NCBI GenBank assembly: GCA_963717525.1
Contig: OY970343.1
Span: forward strand, 1,760,001-1,824,000
Length of the DNA: 64,000 nucleotides
Reading direction: 5' to 3'
From: an uncultured Methanoregulaceae archaeon
GTDB taxonomy: Archaea; Halobacteriota; Methanomicrobia; Methanomicrobiales; Methanospirillaceae
The notes beneath the pieces were generated by a model. The model was not told where the DNA came from and did not search any database. It saw only the letters and a list, made by a program, of their open reading frames with translations. Below, one piece after another: positions 31,164 to 43,092 of the stretch. How positions within the stretch are numbered: position 1 is the first letter of the stretch; the number at the start of each line of letters is the position of its first letter. The translations under genes and the position numbers were made by a program.

Positions 31164-32906
31164 GTGTGTGGGATTGTCGGGTATATCGGGAGAAGGCAGG
31201 CAGCCCCTCTCATCCTCGAAGGCTTAAAAAAACTTGAATACCGGGGGTATGATTCATTCGGCATTGCCACTCTCGGGAGCCGGATTGAGATCGAAAAACA
31301 CAAGGGCCGGATTTCAGAATATGCCGGTACGATCCATTTACACGGGACGTCCGGTATCGGCCACACCCGTTGGGCAACCCACGGGGTTCCAAACGATCTC
31401 AATGCTCACCCGCACACGGACTGCACCAGCCAGATTGCCCTGGTCCACAACGGGATCATCGAAAATTATTCCGAATTAAAAAAAGCGCTCATTGCACGAG
31501 GGCATGTTTTCCGGTCAGAGACCGATACTGAAGTCATTGCTCACCTCATTGAGGAGCATTTCTCAAAAACACGAGACCTGCTGTCCGCAGTAAGGGATAC
31601 TCTCCCGCTTCTCAGGGGATCGTATGCACTGCTGGTCATTGCAAACGGGGCAGACTGCGTGGTCGCGGCCCGGAACGGCAGCCCGCTGGTGCTGGGGATC
31701 GGAGACAATGAATATTTCGCTGCCTCTGACATGACCCCGGTCCTGGATTACACGGAGCGTGCCGTCTTTCTTGAAGATGGCGATATTGCCTGCCTGACAC
31801 GAGGCGGCGTTGAGATTTTCCAGGATACCCGGCCGGTGAGCCGGCCGGTGGAACTGGTTGACTGGTCACCTGAAGAGGTCAGGAAAGGGGGCTTTGACCA
31901 TTACATGCTCAAGGAGATCTACGAACAGCCCCAGGCATTCTTCAACACCCTGAGGGCCATCGATAAACAAACTTTCCCATCCTTTGTCTGCCGATCCTCG
32001 TCCGTATCCCTTGTAGCCTGCGGCTCGTCCTACCACGCCGGGCTGGTGTTTAAATACCTGCTTGAAGAGTCCTGCGGGATCCCCGCACGCGTGGATTTTG
32101 CCTCGGAATTCAGGTATTTCCACCCGCCACTGGACGGTCTTGTGATCGGGATCACCCAGTCAGGAGAAACCGCGGATACCCTGACCGCACTCAAACAGGC
32201 GCGGATACATAACTGCCGGACCCTTACCATAACCAATGTCCTTGGCAGTTCCGCAAGCAGGATCGCCGATGCTACACTCTTTATGCGTGCCGGGCCCGAG
32301 ATCAGCGTCGCGGCCACCAAATCATTTGTCGCCCAGCTGGCAGTCCTCATGCAGATCATCGATGCCCGCTGTGACGGCAGGTATGAAGATGTACTCCAGC
32401 ATGCGCACCAGGCAATCGAAGACGTGCTCCTGATGGATCTCTCGGCAGCGGTTGATCTGTGCAGGAATGCCGGGAGCATTTTTTATATCGGGCGCGGGCC
32501 ATTCTACCCGATCGCGCTGGAAGGCGCCCTCAAGATGAAGGAGATTTCCTACATCCATGCCGAAGGGTATGCAGCAGGGGAATTGAAACACGGGCCCTTT
32601 GCCCTCCTTTCACCGGAGACACCGGTCATTGCCATCTGCATGCCCGGCGAGACCTACGGCGTGATGGTCTCCAACATCAAGGAGTGCAAAGCCCGGGGGG
32701 CGCCGGTTATCGCCCTGGGCACTGAAGGTGACCCGGAACTTCCCGATATCGCCGACGTCTTTGTCCCCCTGCCCAAGACGCATCCCTTTACCGGAGTACT
32801 CACCAGTCTAGTGGTGCTCCAGATCCTCGCATACCGGACTGCCGTAGCGCTGGGCAGGGATATCGATAAGCCAAGAAACCTTGCAAAGAGCGTGACTGTA
32901 GAATGA
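31164..32906 (+). CDS. glmS: Glutamine--fructose-6-phosphate transaminase
   Basis: [34 protein letters not shown]. Confidence 0.97.
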   Translation: MCGIVGYIGRRQAAPLILEGLKKLEYRGYDSFGIATLGSRIEIEKHKGRISEYAGTIHLHGTSGIGHTRWATHGVPNDLNAHPHTDCTSQIALVHNGIIENYSELKKALIARGHVFRSETDTEVIAHLIEEHFSKTRDLLSAVRDTLPLLRGSYALLVIANGADCVVAARNGSPLVLGIGDNEYFAASDMTPVLDYTERAVFLEDGDIACLTRGGVEIFQDTRPVSRPVELVDWSPEEVRKGGFDHYMLKEIYEQPQAFFNTLRAIDKQTFPSFVCRSSSVSLVACGSSYHAGLVFKYLLEESCGIPARVDFASEFRYFHPPLDGLVIGITQSGETADTLTALKQARIHNCRTLTITNVLGSSASRIADATLFMRAGPEISVAATKSFVAQLAVLMQIIDARCDGRYEDVLQHAHQAIEDVLLMDLSAAVDLCRNAGSIFYIGRGPFYPIALEGALKMKEISYIHAEGYAAGELKHGPFALLSPETPVIAICMPGETYGVMVSNIKECKARGAPVIALGTEGDPELPDIADVFVPLPKTHPFTGVLTSLVVLQILAYRTAVALGRDIDKPRNLAKSVTVE

Positions 32907-33524
32907 TCGAATACGGGATCAATACCAAAGGAGCCGGCCTGCACGTGTTTGAGCCGGTAACACTGGGGTTTCCCTCCCGGGATTACATGGGAAAGACTGA
33001 ATTTACCGGTACCACGATCGGAAAGGATGCGGTGACTCAGGTCGGGCACCCTCATCTACTGCGATGTCACCATCGGGGATTGGTTCCAGACCGGGCACAA
33101 TGTCATAATCCGTGAGAAGACCCGGATCGGAAACCACGTTTCTGTCGGTACCGGGGTCATCATTGAAGGGAATACCCGGATCGGGGATAATGTCAACCTC
33201 CAGAGCATGGTATACATCCCCACAAATACCTCTCTGGGGGACCGGGTGTTCATAGGACCTAATGCAGTGCTGACCAACGACCGGTACCCTCCGTCGGGCA
33301 TTGGCGGGCTGGTGGGGCCGGTGATAGAACGCGGGGCTGCCATCGGGGCCAATGCAACCATCCTCCCGGGCATCCACATCGGTGAGGGCGCTCTCGTTGC
33401 AGCAGCTGCCGTGGTGACCCGGGATGTGCCGGCGCACATGCTTGCCGTAGGGGCACCGGCAAAAATACAGGATCTGCCATCAGCGCTCGGTCGAAAAAAT
33501 CAAAAAAATGCCGATCACCGCTAG
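32903..33524 (+). CDS. Hexapeptide-repeat N-acetyltransferase (WbpD-like); +1 frameshift near 33035
   Basis: Removing one base gives [39 protein letters not shown]. Confidence 0.8.
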
Positions 33525-33565
33525 CCGGTCTTTCCCAGAAGGAGCACGGCACAAACGAGGTACCC

Positions 33566-34702
33566 ATGAAGATTCTTCTTGTCTCCACCCAGGACTATAT
33601 CCACCATCCCGTCCCTTCACGGCATCACTATATCTTCGAGGAACTCGCCCGTCGCCACGAGGTACATGTTGCACATTTCCATGTTAGCCGGGGAAACGCC
33701 CGTCCCACCCGGCTGATCGTTGAGGAAGCCACACAGTTCCCGGTGAAAAGCCCGCTCCTGCACTATACCCTCAACACCCCGTACCATTACCATATCTTCA
33801 ACAAAATCATCCGGGACAACGAAATCGATATCGTGGTTGCTGCTCACGTCCTTGCCGGGGCTGCTGTCATCTCGGCAGCAAAGAGAAATAACGTGCCGGT
33901 AGTGTTCGATCTCAAGGACTGGTTCCCGGATTCTGCCGCAGCCTATTTCAAAAACCGGTTTGTTGCAGGGTGCGTCAGGAAAGGGGTCTGGGAGATCACC
34001 CGGAGAAACCTTTCCCGGAGCGACCGGATCACCACCGTCTCTCCGTCGCTGGTGGATAAACTCAAAGGTCTGGGGTTCTCCGCCGAACTCATCACCAACG
34101 GTGTCGACACGGATCTCTTCGTACCGCGGGATGGCGTGGAAACACGGCGGGAATTGGGTATAGGGGATGACGAGTTCGTTATCGGCTTTTCAGGGAGCAT
34201 CGAACGCTGGTACGCCATCGACGAGATGATCCGGGCACTGCCTGAGTTGATCCGTTATCGTAAAAAAACTCGCATCCTCATTGTTGGAGGATCGCTCTTT
34301 ACCGATTACGAGAAGGAGCTCCAGCAGCTTGCGGAATCTCTCGGCGTCTCCAATCACGTGATTTTTACGGGAACGAAACCCTATGCGGAGCTTCCGCGTC
34401 ATATTGCCTGCATGGATGTCTGCACGATCCCCCTCTCACCGCCGCAGTGGATGGACATCGCCCTGCCCAACAAGTTCTTTGAATACTCGGCATGCGGAAA
34501 ACCGATCGTCATGCGCCCGATCCCGGATGTCGCCCGTATCGGGGGGCCGAATCTCTTTGTGTACAGGACGCGTGATGAATTTATCACCCATGTCAAAAAC
34601 CTGATGGAAAGGCCCGCCACTTTTCATATCAACATGGAAAACTACAGTTGGAAGGAAAAAGCACGCCAGTTTGAATCCGTATTTTCAGGATTATGTCCGT
34701 AG
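33566..34702 (+). CDS. GT4 glycosyltransferase
   Basis: ITNGVD, PNKFFEYSACGKPIV, YSW. Confidence 0.9.
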   Translation: MKILLVSTQDYIHHPVPSRHHYIFEELARRHEVHVAHFHVSRGNARPTRLIVEEATQFPVKSPLLHYTLNTPYHYHIFNKIIRDNEIDIVVAAHVLAGAAVISAAKRNNVPVVFDLKDWFPDSAAAYFKNRFVAGCVRKGVWEITRRNLSRSDRITTVSPSLVDKLKGLGFSAELITNGVDTDLFVPRDGVETRRELGIGDDEFVIGFSGSIERWYAIDEMIRALPELIRYRKKTRILIVGGSLFTDYEKELQQLAESLGVSNHVIFTGTKPYAELPRHIACMDVCTIPLSPPQWMDIALPNKFFEYSACGKPIVMRPIPDVARIGGPNLFVYRTRDEFITHVKNLMERPATFHINMENYSWKEKARQFESVFSGLCP

Positions 34703-34759
34703 GACTATCCAAACGATTAATGCTCCCAAAAACGACCTTTTATCCAGCAAGGTGATACA

Positions 34760-37353
34760 ATGTTACAGCTCGATTTACATAGTCGCCGGAACTGGATGAT
34801 CGCAGGGCTTGTCGCTTTTTTTGTGATCTTTGCGGTCTGGCTCCGGATTCTGCCCATGTTGTCCATGGGCCACACCGATATCCTCTCGATGGTGGGCAGT
34901 GACGACCCGCTCTACAACCTCCGCCAGGTCGAGCAGCTGCTCGCCAACCATTTCGTCTATACCTGGTTTGATCCGATGACCCAGTACCCGGTAGGGAGCA
35001 CCGTCTACTGGGGCCCGTTGTTCATCTATATCTCGGGTTTTGCCTGCTGGATTGCAGGTGCTACAACCCGCCCGGAAATTATCGGCGTCTGCCTGCTTGT
35101 CCCGGTCGCAATGGCGGGAGTGACCGTCATCCTGATGTATTTTGTCGGGAAGATCTGCGGCGACTGGAAGACCGGGCTCCTTGCTGCAGGGTTTACCGCG
35201 GTTGTGTCAGGGCAGTTTTTCTACCGGTCCCTGTACGGGTACTTCGACCACCACATCGGGGAAGTGCTCTTCTCGACCCTGTTCTGTCTCGTATACTTGT
35301 ACATCCTCATATCAGAGAAGGATAGAAAGATAGATCTGAAAAACATCGCAAAGTGGAAACGAACAGCATTGTTGTCGGTTCTTGCAGGCATTGCCTACCT
35401 TCTTGGCCTGTTCTTGATGCCGACCATGATCGTGTTTGCCCTCATAGTCGTGCTCTTTACTGTCATCCAGTTTGTCATCAGTGTTTACCGCGACAAACCA
35501 ACGGAATACCTGCTTGTGGCAAATACCATTATTTTTGCTGTAGCAATCATTGGGCTCATGCTCTTCGGATTCAAAAGCGCCGGTCTTGACCTCGCTTCCT
35601 ATTCTGTCGGGCATGTCTATGCATACCTCGCCGTCATCGTGGGGACGGTGGTTCTGTACCTGCTCGCCAGGTACCTCAAAGGAAAGCCAAAATACTATTA
35701 TCCCCTTTCGCTCATTGGCCTGGCGGTTATCTGTACAGCAATCCTCTCTGTTGCAGGCCCGCAGTTCTTCAACCAGCTCATCAATGCAGCGGTCCAGTTC
35801 TTCGGTCAGGCACCGGTGACCAATACAGTCCAGGAAGCACGTGGCTGGTCCATTGCAGCTGCATGGACGACCTTCAATTACGGACTCATCCTTATGGTTG
35901 GCGGGATACTGGTTATCCTGTACAGTGTCTATCGCGAGGACCGCCCCCATGAGATCTTCACGCTGGTATGGTCGGCGATCATATTCTACTCGACCTGCCA
36001 GCACATCAGGTACGAATACTACCTTGCCGTCAATGTCGCATTGCTCTCGGCCCTCTGCGTGAGCTTCGTCTATGAGTGGGGGAGGGAGGACATTCGCCGT
36101 CTTCTGGCGGGAGTCACGAGCCGTGCCGGTCTGGATGAGAAAACCAACAAAACTGGAGAGCCGGCAGCAAAACGGAAAAAACAGAAAAAATTGCAGAAGC
36201 AGGACCCGGGATCGGCTTCACCCCGGTTCTTTGTTCTCGCACTAGTGGTGGTAGCAGCAGGCTTGGGCATTCTCTTTGTCTATACTTCCGCTACGTACAG
36301 TTACGTCAATGCATCCGGTAATCCCCTCATCATGAACCAGGACTGGAAGGAATCACTCCTCTGGATGGCAAACAATACACCGGCAACCGGGGTCGACTAT
36401 TACACAATCTATGACAAGAGTACGTTTGTCTATCCCAATTCGTCCTATGGGGTTATGTCCTGGTGGGATTACGGCCATATGATCACCTACATCGCACAAC
36501 GGATTCCTAACGCTAACCCGTTCCAGGCCGGGGTCAGCGGCCCTAATGGCGCTGCCGCCTATTTCATGGCGACCGATGAATCAACCGCGGACACGATCCT
36601 CGATCACGACGGTACCCGGTACGTGGTCACGGATATAGAAATGGACACCGGGAAATTCTGGGCGATGGCAACCTGGTTTAACACCACGGCTGCCGCTGAG
36701 CAGTACCAGATGACTGTCCTCATCCCCGGGCAGACCGCATCCAGCGGATACCAGTCTGCGATGCTCAACGAGGCTCCGTACTACGATACGATGATCTCGC
36801 GGCTCCATAACTTTGACGGGTCCATGGCAACAGCAACTACAGCATACTATGTGGAGTACGCGGACCAGAGCGTCACATATGTCTCGTACCCGGTCCTGAG
36901 CGATGCCGAGGCGATGAATGTATCCGCCGCAACAGCCCGGGCAGCGCAATACAACCAGAATCCCCCGCCGGTTACCATGCCACGGTCCTGAGTTCCTCAC
37001 TGGTTCTTCCGATCACCGATGTTCCTGCGCTGCAGCATTACCGGCTTGTCCATGAGTCCCCCACAAGCGAACTTACTACGAACACAACCGATGTAAAGTA
37101 CGTGAAGGTCTTCGAATACGTTAAGGGGGCCCACATTAAGGGATCGGGTATCATCGATATCCCCTTGGTCACAAACACCGGAAGGAACTTCACCTACCGG
37201 CAGCAGAGTGTCAACGGGGAATTTATCGTCCCCTATTCTACGACCGGCAATACCTATGATGTGAAAGCAACAGGCAAATACCAGATCGAGGGAACCGGCA
37301 TGACCTTCGACGTGCCTGAATCGGCTGTCATGCAGGGCCTGACCATCAATTAA
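34760..37353 (+). CDS. aglB: Oligosaccharyltransferase AglB; frameshift in C5 run 36962-36966
   Basis: DPLYN, DHH, TVQE, SWWDYGH, NPFQ; adding one C continues into ALQHYRLVHES...VKVFEYVKGA. Confidence 0.93.
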
Positions 37354-37475
37354 CCTTTTTCGGCTGTACCTGCAAGAGAGAAATCCGGTAAAAGGGTGCA
37401 AGCAGGGATCGCGACTGCACTTTCATGCCGGCACGGGCATAATATTTCTATAGTGCCATAGACTCATTCTTTTGT

Positions 37476-37772
37476 ATGCTTGCCGATGAGATCGCATTGG
37501 GGATGCGGGTGAGGTATCCCCGTACCGGAACCACCGGTGCCGTGGTCCGGATCGAGCAGATAGGAGGAAACCGGTTTGCCGAACTGGACTGTACTCACCT
37601 TCTCTATCTTACTGACCTGTTAATCCCCGCAGGACAGGCAAAACAGGCTGCCACCGCCACGCAGGAAGAAGACGCAAAAGAGATTATCCGGAGAGAGAGG
37701 GAATTTGCCGCAGGAAGCGGGCTCCAGGAAGCCCTGAAAAACATCGACCAGAGCTGCGAAGGTGGGGGATAA
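37476..37772 (+). CDS. DUF2098-like methanogen protein
   Basis: VRYPRTGTTG...C-terminal CEGGG. Confidence 0.7.
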   Translation: MLADEIALGMRVRYPRTGTTGAVVRIEQIGGNRFAELDCTHLLYLTDLLIPAGQAKQAATATQEEDAKEIIRREREFAAGSGLQEALKNIDQSCEGGG

Positions 37773-37965
37773 TCCCCGGGGGCTCTGCCGTTCTGCAAGA
37801 TACTTTAATAATAATCGGGAGTCCTTAGTAGATAGCAAACCATCACGTACCTTCTGGTCTGTGTCTCGTTTGATACCCGGGTGCATGTACCAGGGAAGGA
37901 ATTAATTCAAAAATACGTGTGTTGATGTTCTTGAGAATTTATAAGATAAGGAGGTTCGATTTCAT

Positions 37966-39200
37966 TTGCATGATGTGACAATCCCCAGTGTGAATATCGG
38001 GGTGGTGGGCCATGTGGACCACGGGAAAACCACGCTCGTGAATGCGCTCACCGGCACATGGACGGACCGGCACAGCGAGGAAGTGCGGCGTGGTATTTCT
38101 ATCCGGCTGGGTTATGCGGATGCGACGTTTTATAAGTGCGGACACTGCGAAGGCCCGGATGCATACTCGACAACGCCGGTCTGCCCGGTCTGCGGTGGCG
38201 AGGGGACGCCGTTTCGGTCAATCTCCTTTGTGGACGCCCCCGGGCACGAAACCCTGATGGCAACAATGCTGTCAGGTTCGGCGCTGATGGACGGGGCAAT
38301 GCTGGTCATTTCCACGACGGAAAAATGCCCTCAGCCCCAGACAAAAGAGCACCTTATGGCGCTGGGCCTTGTCGGCATCAGGAAGATCGTGATTGTCCAG
38401 AACAAGATCGATGTTGTCTCCCAGAAAGAAGCTATCGACAATTACCAGCAGATCAAAGCATTCGTGAAAGGAACCGTCGCCGAAAACGCACCCATCATCC
38501 CCGTCTCAGCCCAGAAAGGGATCAACATGGGAGCGTTGGTACAGGCTCTTGATATGACCATCCCCGATCCGGTCCGTGACCCCGCAGCAGAACCGATGAT
38601 GCTCGTCGCGCGATCCTTTGACATCAACAAGCCCGGCTGCAACTGGAAGGAAGTAAAGGGAGGAGTCGTTGGAGGGTCTCTCATCCGGGGCATCCTCCGC
38701 GACGGCGATCCTATTGAGATCCGGCAGGCCGGCAGACACAGGTCGAAAACAGGATCAAGTGGATCCCGATTATCACGGAGGTTACCTCCATCAATGCCGG
38801 TACAAAAACGGTAAATGAAGCGACACCGGGTGGCCTTCTTGGTGTCGGGACAAAACTTGACCCGGCACTCACAAAAAGCGATGCGCTCGCCGGTCAGGTT
38901 GTCGGCCATGTCGGCAAACTGCCACCGGTATGGGAGAAGATCAAGTGCCAGGTGACCCTGATGGAGCGGGTCGTGGGAGCAACGAGCGAACTGGTCATCG
39001 AGCCTTTAAAATACAACGAACCGCTCATGCTCTCCGTCGGCACCGCAGTCACCGTAGGGGTGGTCACGAGCACCAAAAAAGAAGCAGTCGAAGTGCAGCT
39101 GAAACGACCGGTCTGCGCAGAGCAGGGAGCCCGGATCGCTATCAGCCGGCAGGTGGGAGCACGCTGGCGGTTAATCGGGATGGGTGTCCTCAGCGAGTGA
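37966..39200 (+). CDS. eif2g: Translation initiation factor aIF2 gamma; frameshift near 38725
   Basis: [27 protein letters not shown]; adding one C restores EIRPG through to WRLIGMG. Confidence 0.95.
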
Positions 39201-39577
39201 AAGTCCTGCTGGACGCCAACGCGCTTATGATGCCGGCGCAGTTTAAGATCGATCTCTTCAATGAGATCCGTGAACTGCTCGGCAGTTTTGAGCCGGTGGT
39301 GCTGCCCGGTGTGGTGCAGGAACTGACCGGGTTGTCCCGGGCAAAAGGCAGTGAGGGTGCCTCTGCGCGTTTTGGCCTGGCGATTGCCGGGCAGTGCACG
39401 CTTGCAGAGGGCGGCAGCACCCCCCTGCCGGTAGACGATCAGGTTATTGCTTGGGCCACGGTTAACCGCGGCATGGTGGTGACCAACGACCGTCGGGTCA
39501 GGGATGCACTGCTTGCACAGGGTATCGGGGTTATATCCATGAGAAAACAGAAAAAACTCGAGATATTGCGAAGGTAG
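39197..39577 (+). CDS. PIN-domain (Fcf1/Utp24-like) protein
   Basis: VLLDAN, VDD, VTND; conserved position after aIF2gamma; GTGA overlap. Confidence 0.85.
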   Translation: MKVLLDANALMMPAQFKIDLFNEIRELLGSFEPVVLPGVVQELTGLSRAKGSEGASARFGLAIAGQCTLAEGGSTPLPVDDQVIAWATVNRGMVVTNDRRVRDALLAQGIGVISMRKQKKLEILRR

Positions 39578-39584
39578 GTGGGTT

Positions 39585-40226
39585 ATGTATTACAAGATGA
39601 CACTGGAAGACAAAGTCAGGGTGCCCCCCAACCGGCTGGGCGAAAAACTGGACAAGGTAATACTCGATGTCCTTCAGGAACAGCTTGAAGGGAGCATCGA
39701 CAAGGAACTGGGGGTCTTTATTGCCGTAACCAGGGTTGATCATGTTGGCGAAGGCGAGATCGTGCCCGGTGACGGCGGCGTCTATTACGATGTAAAGTTT
39801 GAGGGGCTCGTCCTCCGGCTCGCCCTGCAGGAGGTCATTGAAGGCCTTGTCGTGGAGACCACAAGCTTCGGGGCATTTGTGAGCCTCGGGCCGATCGATG
39901 CCATGCTGCATGTAAGCCAGATCTCTGACGAATACATCAACTTCGATGAAAAAAATGCCCGGCTCATATGCCAGGATTCCAAGCGCTTTATCGGTGTTGG
40001 GGATACCGTCAGGGTCAGGGTGGTAACTCTTTCCTTAAACGAGCGCGAACCACGCGACAGCAAGATTGGCCTTACCATGCGGCAGGCCGGCCTTGGCACC
40101 TCGCTCTGGCTCGAAGAGGAGATCGAAAAGGAAAAAGAGAGGGCGGCCGCCGGTACAATGGGAGCCCCGAAGGAGAAACCTGAGAAGGCAAAGAGCAAGA
40201 GGAAAGACCGTGCCGCCAATGAATAA
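39585..40226 (+). CDS. rpo7: RNA polymerase subunit Rpo7 (RpoE')
   Basis: VRVPP, GDGGVY, FGAFV, LHVSQI, IGLTMRQ. Confidence 0.96.
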   Translation: MYYKMTLEDKVRVPPNRLGEKLDKVILDVLQEQLEGSIDKELGVFIAVTRVDHVGEGEIVPGDGGVYYDVKFEGLVLRLALQEVIEGLVVETTSFGAFVSLGPIDAMLHVSQISDEYINFDEKNARLICQDSKRFIGVGDTVRVRVVTLSLNEREPRDSKIGLTMRQAGLGTSLWLEEEIEKEKERAAAGTMGAPKEKPEKAKSKRKDRAANE

Positions 40227-40416
40227 GAAAAAACAGGGGAAAGTCTGCCGGGACTGCCACCGGGTAGTTGACGGTGAGAACTGTGTGATCTGCGGGACGA
40301 CAAACCTGTCCGATGACTGGTCGGGATACCTTGTCATCATCGACCCGGAAAATTCTGATGTGGCAAAACGGATGAACATCAAGCTGCCCGGGCGCTATGC
40401 GCTGAAGGTTCGCTGA
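40219..40416 (+). CDS. spt4: Transcription elongation factor Spt4 (RpoE'')
   Basis: CRDCH...CVICG, DWSG, PGRYALKV. Confidence 0.95.
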   Translation: MNKKKQGKVCRDCHRVVDGENCVICGTTNLSDDWSGYLVIIDPENSDVAKRMNIKLPGRYALKVR

Positions 40417-40917
40417 ATGTTTGTGCTTCCCACGGAATCGCGCAAACTTTTCAAGGATCCCTTCGGAACGCTACACCAGGATATAGGCACAGTGCTCCCG
40501 GAACTTGCCGGTCATACGGTCTACTCAGTGGGCGATGTGGTGACTCACTCCCTGCAGCAGAACGGAATCACCCCTGCGATTGCAGTGGTGGACGGCCAGA
40601 CCATGCGTACGCCCTGCACAAAGATGCCCCATCTCTCCGGAACCTGCATCCGCGTGAAAAACCCCCCAGGGACCATTACCGATGAGCTGGTTGATGCGCT
40701 CACCTACGCAGTTGACCATACCCCCGTCACAATCATTGTAGACGGCGAGGAAGATCTTGCCGTCATCCCGCTTGTCATCGCTGCACCGCTGGCATCGGTC
40801 GTGCTCTACGGCCAGCCAAACGAAGGGGTTGTGCTTCGCGTGATCGATGATCGCGCAAAAGCCGCAGCATGCAACCTTCTCGGGCAGTTTGCCAGAACTG
40901 ATGCCCGACCTACATAA
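40417..40917 (+). CDS. GTP-dependent dephospho-CoA kinase (DUF359)
   Basis: SVGDVV, NPPG, DGEEDL, YGQP; conserved operon position. Confidence 0.88.
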   Translation: MFVLPTESRKLFKDPFGTLHQDIGTVLPELAGHTVYSVGDVVTHSLQQNGITPAIAVVDGQTMRTPCTKMPHLSGTCIRVKNPPGTITDELVDALTYAVDHTPVTIIVDGEEDLAVIPLVIAAPLASVVLYGQPNEGVVLRVIDDRAKAAACNLLGQFARTDARPT

Positions 40918-41017
40918 AACAAGAGAATTTTCCTTTTTAATTCCAGGAAATTTCTTCTCTTTTTCAGGACAGGGTCAGGTTTTAAATAACACGGTTCCCA
41001 ATAATTACAGGATATCG

Positions 41018-41317
41018 ATGGACTTTAAGATCGAGAGCGATAAAAGGAATGAGCTTTTATCACGGAGAGAGATTCAGTTTACTCTCACATACGATGGTGC
41101 TACGCCCTCACGCATGCAGATTATCGGTAAACTGTGCGCCCTGCTCAATACAAAAGAGCCGCAGGTTGTCCTTGACACCCTGAAAAGCAACTTTGGCAAG
41201 ATGGTTATCACCGGAAAAGCGCGCGTGTACGATACCGAGGATGCCAAGAAGAAGACCGAACACCCGTACCTCTCAGCTCGCGGTATGCCCAAACCCAAAG
41301 AGGAAGGAGCTGCATAA
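41018..41317 (+). CDS. rps24e: 30S ribosomal protein S24e
   Basis: [19 protein letters not shown]. Confidence 0.95.
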   Translation: MDFKIESDKRNELLSRREIQFTLTYDGATPSRMQIIGKLCALLNTKEPQVVLDTLKSNFGKMVITGKARVYDTEDAKKKTEHPYLSARGMPKPKEEGAA

Positions 41318-41319
41318 CC

Positions 41320-41502
41320 ATGGCTGCAGCGAAGAAAGCAGCCGCAAAGGGGCCGACACGCAGCAAGTTTTTCAAGGTTGAAGGAGACAAGGTCACCACG
41401 ACAAAGAAATACTGTCCCCGCTGTGGTCCCGGCGTCATGATGGCCGACCACAAGGACCGGGTTGCCTGCGGAAAGTGCGGGTACACCGAATTCAAAAAGT
41501 AA
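41320..41502 (+). CDS. rps27ae: 30S ribosomal protein S27ae
   Basis: [13 protein letters not shown]...CGKCGYTE. Confidence 0.96.
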   Translation: MAAAKKAAAKGPTRSKFFKVEGDKVTTTKKYCPRCGPGVMMADHKDRVACGKCGYTEFKK

Positions 41503-41508
41503 ACACTG

Positions 41509-43092
41509 ATGCCTGATTTTGGGCGGATACTTGGCATTGAGGGTACAGCGTGGAACCTCAGTGCTGCCCTTTTTGATCGTGATCTTCTTGCCCTGTGCTC
41601 CCACCCCTATTCACCCGAACACGGGGGTATCCATCCACGGGAAGCCGCCCAGCACCATGCCTCTGCCATGCGGGACGTGATGGGTTCAGTCCTTAAGGAA
41701 CCGGATAAGATAGAAGGAATTGCATTTTCCCAAGGGCCGGGCCTTGGCCCCTGCCTGAGAACGGTCGCCACCGCCGCACGCTCGCTTGCTCTTGCGCTTA
41801 ATGTCCCGCTTATCGGCGTCAATCACTGTGTTGCCCACGTGGAGATCGGGAGCTGGGCAACCGGGTGCCAGGACCCGATCGTACTGTACGCGAGCGGGGC
41901 AAACACCCAGGTGATCGGATATCTCAACGGGAGGTACCGGATATTCGGGGAGACTCTCGATATCGGTATCGGAAACGCCTTCGACAAGTTCGCACGGGCA
42001 CGAGATCTTCCTCACCCGGGCGGGCCGCTGATCGAGACGCATGCAAAATCCGGAACATATTTCGAACTTCCCTATACCGTCAAAGGCATGGACCTTGCAT
42101 TCTCGGGACTGGTCTCGGCCGCGAAGGATTCCCGGCAGCCTCTTCCCGATGTCTGCTGCAGCCTCCAGGAAACCGCATTTGCGATGTGCGTGGAGGTAAC
42201 CGAACGGGCACTTTCGCTCACCGGAAAGGACGAGGTGCTGCTGGTCGGCGGCGTAGGTGCAAACGCACGCCTGCAGGAGATGCTCCATATCATGTGCGAA
42301 GAGCGGGATGCACGATTTTATGTCCCCGAGCGGAAATATCTCGGGGACAATGGTGCCATGATTGCTTATACGGGAAAGCTGATGCTCGAGAGCGGCCAGT
42401 CACTTGCCATCGAGAATTCGCAGGTAAACCCGTCTTTTCGATCGGATGAAGTTGAGGTGACATGGAAACATGAAACCAGCAATGCCCCGGATTGTGGATA
42501 CCATGGCAGTGCCGGCCAGAGACGCGGTGCCGAGGCCACCGTCAGTTTCAGGAACGGGAATGCCGTCAAGCAGCGGCTTTCCAAGCCATACAGGGTGCTC
42601 CCCCTTGACAGAAAACTGATCACGGAACGGACACGGGCAGAGGCCCGGCTCATTCACATGGCCCGGAAGGGAGGCGTCCCAACGCCTGTCATAAGCGACA
42701 TCACCCACGATTCCATTGTGATGGAAGAGATCCCAGGCACGCTACTTACCCATGCCCTCACGGAAGCGCATTGCAGGGAGGCCGGACGGATGGCAGGCCG
42801 GCTGCACACGGCCGGCATCATGCACGGAGATCTCACTACCAGCAACATGATCCTGCGGGAAACGGATGGCGGGTGTGTTCTCATCGATTTCGGTCTCGCG
42901 CAGGTAACATCGGAGATTGAACAAAGAGGCGTCGATATCCATGTCATGTTCCAGACGCTCAAAAGCACCAATCCACAGGAGGCCGGCCTTCTCAGGGCCG
43001 CATTTGCCCGGGGATATGCCGAGACGTTTGTGGGTGCAGGAGAAGTTCTTGGACGGGAGCAGGAGATCGAACTCAGGGGGAGGTACCTGTGA
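41509..43092 (+). CDS. kae1: Fused Kae1 (t6A synthase)-Bud32 kinase
   Basis: GIEGTA, GGIHP, HCVAHVE, DNGAMI; then RGAEA, HGDLTTSN, IDFGL. Confidence 0.96.
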   Translation: MPDFGRILGIEGTAWNLSAALFDRDLLALCSHPYSPEHGGIHPREAAQHHASAMRDVMGSVLKEPDKIEGIAFSQGPGLGPCLRTVATAARSLALALNVPLIGVNHCVAHVEIGSWATGCQDPIVLYASGANTQVIGYLNGRYRIFGETLDIGIGNAFDKFARARDLPHPGGPLIETHAKSGTYFELPYTVKGMDLAFSGLVSAAKDSRQPLPDVCCSLQETAFAMCVEVTERALSLTGKDEVLLVGGVGANARLQEMLHIMCEERDARFYVPERKYLGDNGAMIAYTGKLMLESGQSLAIENSQVNPSFRSDEVEVTWKHETSNAPDCGYHGSAGQRRGAEATVSFRNGNAVKQRLSKPYRVLPLDRKLITERTRAEARLIHMARKGGVPTPVISDITHDSIVMEEIPGTLLTHALTEAHCREAGRMAGRLHTAGIMHGDLTTSNMILRETDGGCVLIDFGLAQVTSEIEQRGVDIHVMFQTLKSTNPQEAGLLRAAFARGYAETFVGAGEVLGREQEIELRGRYL

